IMG/VR virus record: IMGVR_UViG_3300046804_001071
Coordinates: 1 to 53,241 of that record
DNA length: 53,241 nt
Strand: one strand, 5' to 3'
Source of the DNA: a virus
Taxonomy: Duplodnaviria > Caudoviricetes
The notes beneath the pieces were generated by a model. It was not told where the DNA came from, ran no database searches, and was given only the letters and a program-made list of their open reading frames with translations. Numbering within the stretch: position 1 is the first letter of the stretch; each line of letters begins with the position of its first letter. Shown here in pieces: positions 10,401 to 20,547 of this stretch. The position numbers and the translations under genes were made by a program.

Positions 10401-10592
10401 GCTGGAAAGCCTGAAAAGGTTGTACCTCTGGACTCAGAGGGTCTGTCTGCTGGAGATCGAAAAGTTCTAGACGCTCTCAACTCTAGAAGTGGAATCAACA
10501 TTGCAATCAATGGTGCAGACATGGACAAGAATGAACTAGCGGCTGAAGTTTCTAGACGACTTGCTTTCCAGATGCGAAAGGGTGCTATCTAA
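7482..10592 (+). CDS. Tape measure protein
   Basis: 1036 aa helical Ala/Gly/aromatic repeats; N-terminal VGEAHIVVRA; C-terminal LAKGGVV...VAEAGKPEKVVPL. Confidence 0.92.
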   Translation: MAVVGEAHIVVRALTDRVAGDIKNGFDGVDGNSASKAGKTIAEKFQQGLNKNIDANIFTRLADAMGEVNPRALEVRDAINGVIMQGYKMQAVIPLVIGSIGTLIGGLVSVVGAAGAAAVSFTAVIGVFMAFKIASSLAGMALGDVGKAVSAAIQQSQTAAKTMAALRKELKQLKFDAEAAALAVEGAALNLEKAIQNLNMTADLPPNSMARRQAVLAYKEADLAYRRAQERAKDLAKQAAKGIKGLAALRGNDPYKGLTKSQKDFAKYLVTLFPLLKKLKEAVASGFLPVLQKQMERLIKVGFTPLENGFKKIGTALGVVTQAIGDALSDPTTIANISQMFTDMAFVIGEVGKALGQLIQAFTTLMADSGPIIQALGTFILDLATKFNNWIQGMSKDKKLKYYFLTAASMATNFGKIFGGIFDGLIAIIEANFSPGTGGWRIIDWLGQAAQGFGDISKDQAGLRKFFNAIADNFMAMFSGLGGLIGQLVLLGTDPNIGKFWTIIKDSAPAFGEMISKGMPLLPILGEIFNNIIGILNAFSDTESPKVFLEMIRDALGVVKDLAKSDLVKWFLSMSGPIHAWVLGFTQIKSAAQTALDYVMGTIQKGLGTVGDFFGNIQKIRDGFKDIADSKFGGWIGNVVDRFKQFEFPKDFKEILREIPRMVFPEDLFGDLTLIEGLDFSKLKEAFDIGKFDGFKTGVSKMLTELDGQFANMGKSVKTAFAEMGKSTNPLVMAIGRLGTLIMANPIIAAIAAIVAIMVILYNTSDEFRKFVDDALKRVMGYLTRAWEQLQEAFQPVIDAWNRLMAAFGVGQGGSNPLVMFFEALVKILEVLLSVLIPIITTIVTMFIPQITFLIDLVASWVKIFRGLYDIVTAFFTALFTWNWDKFGEVAGKAFKDIGNAALGLFNGIANFFVDMINNIIKGINDISTNIKDASGGTINFGKIPTLPHVNLHLAKGGVVMPSPGGSLVNVAEAGKPEKVVPLDSEGLSAGDRKVLDALNSRSGINIAINGADMDKNELAAEVSRRLAFQMRKGAI

Positions 10593-12505
10593 TGGCTCTA
10601 AATACTAATCTTATTCCTAATCCATCTTTTAAAGACGGGACTACCTACTGGGCTGCTACTGGCGGAACCGGAACAATAGCGGCATCTGCCACGGGCGGAT
10701 ACTATGGTTCTGACTGCTTAACGGTAACAAAATCAGCAGATGCTAACGTAGGTGCAGTAAGTAATACTACCTCTATTACTGTTACAGTTGGTAACACTTA
10801 TGTTGCTTCCGCTTACATTAAAGTTCCGGCTGGAGAAGAGACTGGAAGTTTTAAAGTTGGTATTGGATACTATACTTCCGGTAACTCCCTAATCGGGTCG
10901 ATCTCATATTCAAATACAACCTCCATTACTTCGACTAGTGACTGGACTAGAGTATATAAGACTGCAGTTGCTCCAGAGACTTCCGCCTATGCAAAGGTCT
11001 ATGTAGTTCAGAGTAATACCGGAACTGCCAATAAAAAGTTCTTAATTGACGCAGTTCAGTTTGAAAACTCTTACGACCCAAATACATTTGTTGAGACTCT
11101 AACTCAGGCTCAGGAGACAGCCGCTGTCAATGACGGTCTACGTCCAGTCCCTATCCCACACCTTACTGGTATGGAACTCAATGCGGATATCATGCTGAAC
11201 GGACTGCTTCTCAACACTGTTGACCATAATAAGTGTGTCTGGGTTTGTACGGGAATCGAAGGCTGGTGGGGTGTCCCTGATCCAGAAGTTCCGGAGCTAA
11301 CTCGCGGTCTTGATGACGGTTCGTATGACGTTCGTGGCCGTTGGACTGCTCGTGATATGACACTAACTGGAACTATCCTTGTCCCTAATCGCAACTATGC
11401 TGAGGTAGCAAGGCAGCGTCTAATTGAAGCTATCAGCCTAGTCCATCAGGGGGGTTGGTTATTTGTTGGCGAAAGTCCGACTAAAGCCGCATATGTTCGA
11501 CTAAGCGGACGCCCTGAAATTACTAACGTAAATGCACGCGGGCGTATGGACTTTTCTATCGGTCTACGTGCTGCAAACCCAATTAAGTTCGACTGGAATT
11601 GGAATGACCAAAATGGCCAGGTAGTTACTACTACTAGCCCGGAAGCCAGCCCTAATGCAACGATTACAAATGCAGGAAATATCGATGTTCCTGTTAATAT
11701 AACGCTCAACGGGCCTCTAAATCATTACACGGATATCATCAATAGTACGACTGATCAGACGCTTAGGATTGTTAAAGATCTAAGAGCAAAGGTATCAATC
11801 TACGATATTACTAGATCATCTCAGACCGGCACCAGTGCTACAATAACCTCTGTCGGGCACGGGATTGAGGTTGGGAATACTATAGATGTCTTTGGTGTAA
11901 ATACATCTGGTAGGGCTAGTATAAGGGGGTATAGCTGTCCGGTGACTGCGGTAACTGCAGATACTGTAACTTATACGGTATATAGCTCTAATACCCTCGC
12001 GGATGGTGTTACTGACGGCACGGCTATTATCACTAATAGTCCGGGATACACAAGTTATACGCCTTACCAAACTGATCAAGTTGGTAACTCGGTAACGATG
12101 GTTCTATACCCTGCTAATCATTATTTTATGGTCGGCGACAAAATTTCAGTATCTGGTGCTCAGTCATCTGATGCCGATGTAACTGCTTTTAACTCTGATA
12201 GAGGGTGTACTATAACTGCGGTTACAGCTAACTCTATTACATATACCTCTACATCATCTAGGACATATTCTCACGATATGAGTGGAACCTACGCGTCTGT
12301 TACCTTAAATAATACAGATACCTTAGAAATTGATACCTATAATAAGTCTGCACTTTTCAATGGTAGTGCTGCTCTAGGTAGGTCTTATATCGATGCTGTG
12401 GTTGATTGGATCACCCTAAAGCCCGGTGCCAACGAGATATCTGTACAAACCCCTGATACTAATCAGCCTATAATCATCAAACACAGATCTGGTTGGATCG
12501 GCTAA
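10592..12505 (+). CDS. Distal tail (Dit-like) protein with an N-terminal carbohydrate-binding-like domain and inserted beta domains
   Basis: NLIPNPSF...IDAVQFE (CBM-like); GIEGWWG, ARDMTLTG, LRAANPIK, WITLKPGANEI; follows the tape measure gene. Confidence 0.75.
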   Translation: MALNTNLIPNPSFKDGTTYWAATGGTGTIAASATGGYYGSDCLTVTKSADANVGAVSNTTSITVTVGNTYVASAYIKVPAGEETGSFKVGIGYYTSGNSLIGSISYSNTTSITSTSDWTRVYKTAVAPETSAYAKVYVVQSNTGTANKKFLIDAVQFENSYDPNTFVETLTQAQETAAVNDGLRPVPIPHLTGMELNADIMLNGLLLNTVDHNKCVWVCTGIEGWWGVPDPEVPELTRGLDDGSYDVRGRWTARDMTLTGTILVPNRNYAEVARQRLIEAISLVHQGGWLFVGESPTKAAYVRLSGRPEITNVNARGRMDFSIGLRAANPIKFDWNWNDQNGQVVTTTSPEASPNATITNAGNIDVPVNITLNGPLNHYTDIINSTTDQTLRIVKDLRAKVSIYDITRSSQTGTSATITSVGHGIEVGNTIDVFGVNTSGRASIRGYSCPVTAVTADTVTYTVYSSNTLADGVTDGTAIITNSPGYTSYTPYQTDQVGNSVTMVLYPANHYFMVGDKISVSGAQSSDADVTAFNSDRGCTITAVTANSITYTSTSSRTYSHDMSGTYASVTLNNTDTLEIDTYNKSALFNGSAALGRSYIDAVVDWITLKPGANEISVQTPDTNQPIIIKHRSGWIG

Positions 12506-12537
12506 AATAGACTATAACGACGAAAATATAGGTAACG

Positions 12538-15500
12538 ATGGCCATCACTTCTAATGATTTCTCGACGAAAGTCGCTGAGTACAAGTACTTTGTCGTAGAC
12601 ATCTTAACTAATACCATCCTTGCTGAAATTCCTTTTACAGATGTATCATTTGAACGTGCTCTAAAAGGTGCTGGATCTTTTTCTGGTTCGATTTCCGTTG
12701 TTCCTGATACCAAGGATTATGACCTATACTCCAGCACTATGCCTGGAAAAACCGCGGTCTATGTAGTAAGAAACGGCGTCTGCATGTGGGGCGGAATTAT
12801 CTGGTCCCGTGAATACTCGATCACGTCTAGGCAGATTTCTGTAAGCGCATCTGAGTTTACTAGCTACCTCCACCACCGAGTTATTTGGAAAACCTATAAC
12901 TATAACCTATCTGCAAGACTTTACAAAACTACACAAGGCGGTAAAGTCAAGGTTGAACTTATCACTCGTAAGATTCTATTCCCGGCTACGGATACCGCTG
13001 GAAATAGAACATCTGTCATCCTAAATTTTGCTGAATATGGGTTTGTTAAGTACAACGGGACCTACAAAATTGTAAGCGAAGCTGGATACGAGCCAACTCA
13101 GGATTACTTCTACGTTGAGATTCCGTCTCTTCCGCCTCGTCCGGATAGCTACTACTCAAAGATTGAAGTAACAAGCCGTGTGGACACGTACCAATATGTT
13201 AAGGAACTAATTACAGAAGTTCTAAAAGATTTTACGGATGTTGATTTCTCTAACGAGGATATTAATCCTGGTGTTAGGGAGGCATTCAATGTGTCTAGAA
13301 AAGAAGTCTACAATAATACTGCTACCATCACCACCGAAGCACCTCACAATCTAATTGTCGGCCAAAGAGTGGACCTAAAAAATGTTGATTCTGCACTAGA
13401 TGGAATTCAGGTTGTAACAGATGTTCCTAGCGATACTTCGTTTAAATTCTCTGTTACCACTGGAGATATATCTAATACTACTGTCTCTTCTACTACATAT
13501 CCTATAAAGTATAGGGAAGTAACTACTGTTGCTAGACGGTCAGTTAAAAATATCAAGGCAAAAGATGGTGTAGTTACTATTACTACTGCTGTTCCTCATT
13601 TGCTCAAGGAGAATGATATTCTCACGATGCAGATTGAAAAAAAGCATAAAAGATTTAATAACAATGATATGGCTGTCTATGTCACTGCTGTTCCTTCAGC
13701 TACTACATTTACTTATAGTCTATCTACCGCTAATACAGCTGCAACTGGTATAAATGTATCGAACTCGTACTGTAAGTATGCAGTAGATGTAAAGGCACTT
13801 AGACTTACTATGTACCCCGGATATACTCATAATTTTGCAGTCGACTCTGAAATTTATGTAGATGGTGTAGATCTAGACGCTTGGGAAACTCCAATGTATA
13901 ATGGCTATCATTCAGTCACTGAAGTTGCCGGGGACAATACATGGGTTCAGTTTGAACCAAAATATGCTATGACTAAAGAACCTGGCTCGGTCATTGACAT
14001 CTCTAAGAGAAAATATAAAAAGAGCTCTAACCTAGTAACAATTACCACGACTACGGCTCATGGGTTATTTAAAGGCGATACGGTATCAATTAATACTGTA
14101 GCCTCTGGAACTGATAAACCATTTGACGGAACTGTAGAAATTAAAAATATCCCTAGCGGAGATACTACCTTCACCTATAAACCAATTAAAGCAATTGCTA
14201 GCAACGTTAATAATCAGAACTCCACCGGAACAGTTACTAGAATTAAATCCATCGTTGGTTCTATTGATAGAACTCCGTCTACTATTTCTAAAATTCAGCG
14301 TGTTGCTTCTACAGCAACCGTCACAACCGCGGCTGATCATAGCTTTGTTGAAGGTGACTATGTACTAGTTGCATGCAGTAATTCAAGTTTCAATAACAGT
14401 AACGTCCCCGTACAAGTTACAGATGTTCCTAGTGCAACTACATTTAGCTACTCGAGCCCGGGGTCTCCTGTTGCTGTTAATACGTCAGCTACAGGAATTG
14501 CCTCCGAAGTCTATACTGGTTTCGGTAAGGCTAGATATCCTTCGGCTGCCTCCGCATCAGGTACGACTAGAACTATTACGTGTACAAATCATGGACTAAA
14601 TACCGATGACTGGGTATCTATTTATATCGCCGGAAAAGACTCTATCTATAACAACGGCGGGGCTCCGGTCAAAATCACTAAGATCAATAGTGATAGCTTT
14701 AGCTACACTGTTTCTGGATCCGCTACTGATACCGCTAGTAGCCTAGACTCTTACAGCAATATAACAACGGCTGCGTACTGTACAAAGACCCCTGTTGTCT
14801 ATGCTAGAAGCTATGGAGAGTTTCCAGATAATGCTGATCTCGGCGGCCTAGACTTTGCCACTACAACGTACAGTCAGAAGGCTTTTATCAATGCAACAAT
14901 TACTGGTAGTGATCTACAAAATGTTGGAGAGCACCTAGATAAGTACTCTAATACCCCTGAAGGCTTTGACTATAGAATTGACTGCTCTGTTCAAACTGTA
15001 GATGGCTCCCAGTCGTTTAAACGTACCTTTGTTATTGTTCCTAGAAAACCGGCCGAGCTGACTGCTTATTTAGATGCTAATCCTCTTGATCCGGGTGAAT
15101 ATGCCCCTCCTAGTGCATTCGGAGCAGACCGACTCACTTTCGAATACCCTGGAAATATTTCTGATGTTACTCTTAACGAAAATGCTGAGAATGCTATTAC
15201 TCGTATGTTTATTGTTGGAGATGGCGATGGTGCAGGTAGCGGGGAGGCCAGTGCTCACTATTCTGGCTCGGCATTGACTGATTTGCTATCTAATGGTTGG
15301 CCGATTCTTGATGGTGGAGAAAAACAGTCCTGGCCTCAGTATGGATACAACCAGATTAACCGAGATAAATGGGACAACTTTGATGCTGAACTTGACTTCA
15401 AAAAGACAGCTGATCGCTATCTGAACGAGTCTAAGCCGCCAATGGGTGAGTACTCTATTAAGATCAATGGTTCGTTAGATCCTGTTGTTGGTACCTATAA

Positions 15501-15696
15501 TCCAGGCGATTGGTGTCAGCTGGTTATTAATGATGACTTCATTAGCGAGCGTCTAAATAGCTACCTAGAGCCGAGAAGCACTGCGATTGTTCGTAAAATT
15601 GAATCAATCAATGTGAGCGTCCCGAATAGTCCGGCATTTCCAGAGCAAATTACACTTAATCTAATTCCTGAATGGGAGGTTGACGTCCATGGGTAG
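12538..15696 (+). CDS. Minor tail / baseplate hub (Tal-like) protein with multiple FCCH-like inserts
   Basis: LAEIPF...LKGAGSFSG, VRNGVCMWGGIIW, FEYPGNI, YNPGDW. Confidence 0.75.
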   Translation: MAITSNDFSTKVAEYKYFVVDILTNTILAEIPFTDVSFERALKGAGSFSGSISVVPDTKDYDLYSSTMPGKTAVYVVRNGVCMWGGIIWSREYSITSRQISVSASEFTSYLHHRVIWKTYNYNLSARLYKTTQGGKVKVELITRKILFPATDTAGNRTSVILNFAEYGFVKYNGTYKIVSEAGYEPTQDYFYVEIPSLPPRPDSYYSKIEVTSRVDTYQYVKELITEVLKDFTDVDFSNEDINPGVREAFNVSRKEVYNNTATITTEAPHNLIVGQRVDLKNVDSALDGIQVVTDVPSDTSFKFSVTTGDISNTTVSSTTYPIKYREVTTVARRSVKNIKAKDGVVTITTAVPHLLKENDILTMQIEKKHKRFNNNDMAVYVTAVPSATTFTYSLSTANTAATGINVSNSYCKYAVDVKALRLTMYPGYTHNFAVDSEIYVDGVDLDAWETPMYNGYHSVTEVAGDNTWVQFEPKYAMTKEPGSVIDISKRKYKKSSNLVTITTTTAHGLFKGDTVSINTVASGTDKPFDGTVEIKNIPSGDTTFTYKPIKAIASNVNNQNSTGTVTRIKSIVGSIDRTPSTISKIQRVASTATVTTAADHSFVEGDYVLVACSNSSFNNSNVPVQVTDVPSATTFSYSSPGSPVAVNTSATGIASEVYTGFGKARYPSAASASGTTRTITCTNHGLNTDDWVSIYIAGKDSIYNNGGAPVKITKINSDSFSYTVSGSATDTASSLDSYSNITTAAYCTKTPVVYARSYGEFPDNADLGGLDFATTTYSQKAFINATITGSDLQNVGEHLDKYSNTPEGFDYRIDCSVQTVDGSQSFKRTFVIVPRKPAELTAYLDANPLDPGEYAPPSAFGADRLTFEYPGNISDVTLNENAENAITRMFIVGDGDGAGSGEASAHYSGSALTDLLSNGWPILDGGEKQSWPQYGYNQINRDKWDNFDAELDFKKTADRYLNESKPPMGEYSIKINGSLDPVVGTYNPGDWCQLVINDDFISERLNSYLEPRSTAIVRKIESINVSVPNSPAFPEQITLNLIPEWEVDVHG

Positions 15697-18600
15697 CCGT
15701 AGGATTGCCAAAACAAGAAGTCTTTCTTCATACTTAACCTCGCTAGACAACTCGGCGTTGTCTTCTGCTCTTCAAATCAATGCAAATAACTCGATTGCAA
15801 CTAACTCTATTGGCGAGAACTCGATTGCCGAAGAGATGCAAATCTTTGATAAAAGTATTCAGAGCGGTAACTATGTAGAAGGATACTCGGGCTGGAAGAT
15901 TACTGGAACAGGTAATGCCGAGTTCGGAAACGTTGTGGTCCGAGGAAATATCAATGCATCCTCTGGAAGCATCGGCTACTGGAACATTTCTAACCCTGCG
16001 GTAACGCGTGTTATCGGATCTACTACTTTGCTCGGTACATTTCTTGAGAGTGCTATTGCCGGAGATACCGATGATGGAATCACGTCTGGAACCTATGTAG
16101 GTCTATTTAAGTCTTACTCTCCAGATGCTGTTCAGATCTCTACTAAAGAACGTGTATCTAATATTGCTACTCTTACCTCCGAGGGACATGATTTCCAGGT
16201 TGGCGATAAAGTAATCGTAACTCTTGATGATGACACTACATTTAATAACTCCGGGACCTCGGTAACAATTACTGCTATTACCTTAAATACATTTAGTTAC
16301 GCTAACTCGGGCACGGATGTGTCTAGCTCGGATGCAGTTGGTATCGCGGAGCTAGATAATGATGATGTAGCTGGTCTATACCTTAGAGACTACGGTAAAA
16401 ATGAGTTTGACTATGGGTACTTCTCTAATAAGGGAATAGCGTATGTATCTGCTCGTAAGATTAATACTGTAAAAAACCCGAGCTTTGAGTTCTTTAATCA
16501 AAGCACTGGCAACACTACGGCAACACTTTCTGCGTGGACCTCTTCATCTTTAGCAAATGCAGCAGTGTCCTTGATTGGGTTTAATACTGTCTTAGCTAAT
16601 ACAGCCACGGCTACTACTGCCTACTACGACAGCCAGAGCTCTGCTGCCGCATATGTCTATGCTGCTGCAAGTGCCCCCTCTTCTTCAGAATATCTGGTTG
16701 CATCTATTGATTATGCAGAGGGCGAAAAATTTACCGCGTTCTCTGGAGGTAAGTCCCTCACCTTTGGCTTCGATATGTTTGCCAACTATACAAAAACTCC
16801 AATCACTATCTCGTCTGCTACGTATTCTGGCGGATATATTACGGTAAATACCGGCTCCGCCCACGGGTACTCCGCCGGTCAGACAGTATTTATAAACGCG
16901 TCTCTATATGACACTAATGGTGTCGACCACGCGGCTAACTCAAATACTGATGTCTGGGGGGCCATAGAGACCTCATACTCATATGATGTCTACTCCGGCA
17001 CTGAGGGGTACCTAGACTACCCGGACAACACGGAGCCTTGGCTCCCGGTCGGAAGAGCCTTTACTGTAGTAGATGCTCCGACGTCTACATCATTCAGATA
17101 CACTCCTGTATCTACCCCGACTGGAGGGCTTACAGTTAAGTACCCGGGCGATGATCCTATTTCTTATATCTCTAAGATAGAGAGTAGTTCTTTAACTAAA
17201 ACTATGACGGTATCGTTTGAGTCGGTATCTCTTAACAAGTTTGAAACTGGAGATCAAGCAGCGATTTCTGGAATTGTATCGACGGATGCTCCTACCCTGT
17301 ATAACTCTACCGTCACGGTTCTAACCTCATCTGGGAACTCATTTACAGCCCTGGATCCTACATATAAACAAGTAACTAACCGAGTAGTTTCTGCTGTAAA
17401 CGTAGCTACCCTTACCGTAGCTTCTCACGGATATTTGGTCAATCAGACTGTATTGATTGAAGGTGTAGATAAGGCGGTAACTACCGCATCCTACTCTGTC
17501 ACCGGAACAATTATGACGATTAACACGTCAGCCGCTCACTTAATTGTTGTTGGTGAATTATTTTCAATTACTCCCGACCCTGACTCTCCTTTGGCAGATC
17601 TGGAAAACTATGATTGGACTGCAACTACCGGAACAACAGGTACTGTACTAAAATTTGACCTTACTGAAAATGCAATGGAGGGGACGCACCCTGCGGTCGG
17701 GCTTACTACCCTAACTACAGACTCTGTTCTGCCTAGATGTTTTGATGGCGAAGTAGTAATCACTGCCGTAGCTACTAATACATTTAACTATGCAATCACT
17801 AGAAATGCCACTCTAGCAACTGCTGCTGTAACTGATGCCACTTCGGTAATCATAGGCGGGCCATATTACAACCTACTCGGCGGGTCACTTGGAATCGGAA
17901 GACGTCCAAATAAGAGCGTATACAGAGCATTTAGTTTGGCGTATGACCTCACAAACATTAAGATTCAGTATGGAAGCAATGTATCCGCAGTAGAAGATCT
18001 CAGTAATGTTATATCTACAAGCGACCTTTCTACCTGGGCGCAAAACAAATATAGAACTACAACTGCTGATAAGTATCTATTGGCTAGATTTAAACGAGCA
18101 CCGTCTCCAGCAAAAATTGGACAGCTAGAGCCATTTACAGCCGGTGCAAGATCTACTATTACTATTGATGGTAAAAAAATATACAGTTCTTATGCATCGC
18201 TAAACCCTACCGGTCAAGCAGCTCTAGAAGATATAAAAATCCTATTCCCGGCTAAAATCAGTTCCATAAATGTAGATGGCACGTACTCTACATCTGGCGG
18301 GCATATCTCTAATTCTGCCGCTACGTATTCTGGAGCAGCAGTCGGTTATTTATTAGATAATGTGTATCTATCAACTTCAGCCGACTATTTTGATGGTAAT
18401 TCTGGGGTCAGTGAGTTTTTATGGTCTGGCACAGGAACCTCTGCTAATGCCGCATCATTAAAGGAATCTAAACACTGGCTAGACATTAACTTAGATGATC
18501 AGACTTCTAGAATTGACGTCGATTTTATTGGCATCAACGAAACTAACTTTACCAAGAAACTGTTTAGTAGCCCTAGAATTGGGAATATTGACACAAGCGA

Positions 18601-19657
18601 TATTAGTTTGGAACTTCCTTCCTTATTCAGTGCAACTAACGGTGCTTCTAACTCAGCGGACCTATCTACAATCGGAGTGCTTAGCGGTGACTATTTAGTC
18701 TCGTCTAATGGATACCAATACACGTATGCAAAAAGCGGTCTAGTAGCCTTTACTGGAGTTGATTATGCTGGATTCGAGCTTCTAGCCAGAAAAAATATTG
18801 TCTCTCCTTCAGACCCGTCCGGTGAAGATGTAACCGTGGCTCCAGTAGGTATTGCTGGAAGAACGTACTACACTGGCGGCGGGTATGACACTAGTTCAGC
18901 CGGAGTTATTCCTAGTTCTGGAGTTCTTTCCGTTTTAGATTTATTTGGTGACCAGGTCGCATTCATTACCGAAAGTCCAAGCAAAAACTCCATAGTTTTT
19001 GACTCTACATATGCTAACTTCGGGTCTGCTAGAGTTCGTCTAGATTCAACGCACGATGTGACACTAACATCGACGATGCACCCGCTTCAATTGGGAGCTG
19101 ACGGTGCTACTCACATGAAGCTTGATGCTAATGATATTCAAGTCGTATCTGATACAAATACTGGAGCGTCATTCTATTTAAATTACAATGGTGGGTCCAT
19201 TGTTTTGGGCAATACCACAGTTGGTCTTGGAAAAATTGACGGTACATCTGACTACGTGTGGGCTAATGGTGTCTATGGGAATACCCTATCTACTTCTTAT
19301 CGCTCGGTTTACGTCTCATCCAGCGGTACTTACGATCAACTTGGATATGTTGCTTCTAGTCGTCGATTTAAGAAAAACATTGAACCGCTAAGCTATACAG
19401 CAGAGCAGATCCTATCTGTGAGAGCCGTTGAATACCACTATAATGAGGAAGAAGATACGGCACCTAAGCATGCAGGTATGATTGCGGAGGAGATGCATGA
19501 TGCAGGCCTACACGCTTTTATTTCGTATGACAAAGAGGGCCTCCCCGAGACCATTCAGTATGAGTTCTATGTGACAGCATTGCAACAAGTTGTTAGAGAT
19601 CAGGCTCAGAAGTTGGCCGATTTAACGGCACGTTTAGAGATCCTAGAAAGTAGATAA
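15689..19657 (+). CDS. Central tail fibre / receptor-binding protein with C-terminal peptidase S74 intramolecular chaperone
   Basis: IQSGNYVEGYSGWKI...GNAEFGNVVVRG near the N-terminus; SSRRFKKNIEPL...GMIAEE and a coiled coil at the C-terminus. SD GGGAGGT favours ATG 15689. Confidence 0.8.
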   Translation: MGSRRIAKTRSLSSYLTSLDNSALSSALQINANNSIATNSIGENSIAEEMQIFDKSIQSGNYVEGYSGWKITGTGNAEFGNVVVRGNINASSGSIGYWNISNPAVTRVIGSTTLLGTFLESAIAGDTDDGITSGTYVGLFKSYSPDAVQISTKERVSNIATLTSEGHDFQVGDKVIVTLDDDTTFNNSGTSVTITAITLNTFSYANSGTDVSSSDAVGIAELDNDDVAGLYLRDYGKNEFDYGYFSNKGIAYVSARKINTVKNPSFEFFNQSTGNTTATLSAWTSSSLANAAVSLIGFNTVLANTATATTAYYDSQSSAAAYVYAAASAPSSSEYLVASIDYAEGEKFTAFSGGKSLTFGFDMFANYTKTPITISSATYSGGYITVNTGSAHGYSAGQTVFINASLYDTNGVDHAANSNTDVWGAIETSYSYDVYSGTEGYLDYPDNTEPWLPVGRAFTVVDAPTSTSFRYTPVSTPTGGLTVKYPGDDPISYISKIESSSLTKTMTVSFESVSLNKFETGDQAAISGIVSTDAPTLYNSTVTVLTSSGNSFTALDPTYKQVTNRVVSAVNVATLTVASHGYLVNQTVLIEGVDKAVTTASYSVTGTIMTINTSAAHLIVVGELFSITPDPDSPLADLENYDWTATTGTTGTVLKFDLTENAMEGTHPAVGLTTLTTDSVLPRCFDGEVVITAVATNTFNYAITRNATLATAAVTDATSVIIGGPYYNLLGGSLGIGRRPNKSVYRAFSLAYDLTNIKIQYGSNVSAVEDLSNVISTSDLSTWAQNKYRTTTADKYLLARFKRAPSPAKIGQLEPFTAGARSTITIDGKKIYSSYASLNPTGQAALEDIKILFPAKISSINVDGTYSTSGGHISNSAATYSGAAVGYLLDNVYLSTSADYFDGNSGVSEFLWSGTGTSANAASLKESKHWLDINLDDQTSRIDVDFIGINETNFTKKLFSSPRIGNIDTSDISLELPSLFSATNGASNSADLSTIGVLSGDYLVSSNGYQYTYAKSGLVAFTGVDYAGFELLARKNIVSPSDPSGEDVTVAPVGIAGRTYYTGGGYDTSSAGVIPSSGVLSVLDLFGDQVAFITESPSKNSIVFDSTYANFGSARVRLDSTHDVTLTSTMHPLQLGADGATHMKLDANDIQVVSDTNTGASFYLNYNGGSIVLGNTTVGLGKIDGTSDYVWANGVYGNTLSTSYRSVYVSSSGTYDQLGYVASSRRFKKNIEPLSYTAEQILSVRAVEYHYNEEEDTAPKHAGMIAEEMHDAGLHAFISYDKEGLPETIQYEFYVTALQQVVRDQAQKLADLTARLEILESR

Positions 19658-19792
19658 ATGTACACAATTAAAGCAGTAACTATTGACGATGCAACTAAGT
19701 TTGTAGTAATCAATAAACTAACTAAAAAGGAAGTTATTTCTTTTGATAAGTATTCTGATGCTGTTGATTACGTTATAGAACGAAATAAATAA
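19658..19792 (+). CDS. 44-aa hypothetical protein (not in ORF track)
   Basis: ATG immediately after the fibre stop: MYTIKAVTIDDATKFVVINKLTKKEVISFDKYSDAVDYVIERNK. Confidence 0.55.
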   Translation: MYTIKAVTIDDATKFVVINKLTKKEVISFDKYSDAVDYVIERNK

Positions 19793-19847
19793 CCCTAGAT
19801 TTTTTGAGATAAACTTTACCTATACGAACTACAAATTAAGGAATACA

Positions 19848-20033
19848 ATGCCAAATAATAACGAAGCCGCCGTCTTTAATGAAGTACTAGCCATTACTCG
19901 TGAGCAGCTAGCTCGCTCCATGAGTCTAAATGCTGAACTTGAAGCTATGCTAAAAGTAGAGCAGGCTAAGAATGAAGACCTTCAGAAAAAGATTGCTGAA
20001 CTAGAATCTCCTGCTGACTCAGAAAAAAAGTAG
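19848..20033 (+). CDS. Small coiled-coil protein
   Basis: SD AAGGA; heptad pattern. Confidence 0.65.
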   Translation: MPNNNEAAVFNEVLAITREQLARSMSLNAELEAMLKVEQAKNEDLQKKIAELESPADSEKK

Positions 20034-20036
20034 CCC

Positions 20037-20507
20037 ATGATTGAAGTAAGAGACGGAAATAGAACGCTTTATGTTGACGGCGTTCTTCTTGGAAAGTCGA
20101 CTTCTCATAGGCGGGGATCTACACGCTGGATTGAGTTCGAACTTTACAAAACTGTAAGCGGTCAGTATGTCCTATCTCGCGTTGGTGTTTCACTTGTTTA
20201 TCATGGTGCTGCCTGTAGCCTTGTAACTACATACAACTTGCAGGAAGTTCCATTTGAGGACACTCATCGCGATAGTATTCCATGCGAACGCTGTAATCCG
20301 GATGAAAGTGCGGACTTGGTATTTCCTGAAAAGAACCGATACTGGGCGCAGGTCAGTGAGCAGGCTGGTGCAGTATTAGATGCTCTGTACAAGTATGATG
20401 ATGGCGGAGCTCGCTATCTAACTAACGTTGCCCAGCGTCTACTTGAAGATGCCGCTAAAAAGGATAAAAACATCGCCGAAGTGTATAGGTTTGAAATTAT
20501 CCAGTAG
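20037..20507 (+). CDS. Hypothetical phage protein
   Basis: RWIEFELYKTVSGQYVL motif; CERC possible metal site. Confidence 0.65.
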   Translation: MIEVRDGNRTLYVDGVLLGKSTSHRRGSTRWIEFELYKTVSGQYVLSRVGVSLVYHGAACSLVTTYNLQEVPFEDTHRDSIPCERCNPDESADLVFPEKNRYWAQVSEQAGAVLDALYKYDDGGARYLTNVAQRLLEDAAKKDKNIAEVYRFEIIQ

Positions 20508-20547
20508 ATCTGCTAACATAACTTAATACCAACGAAGAAAGACGAAA

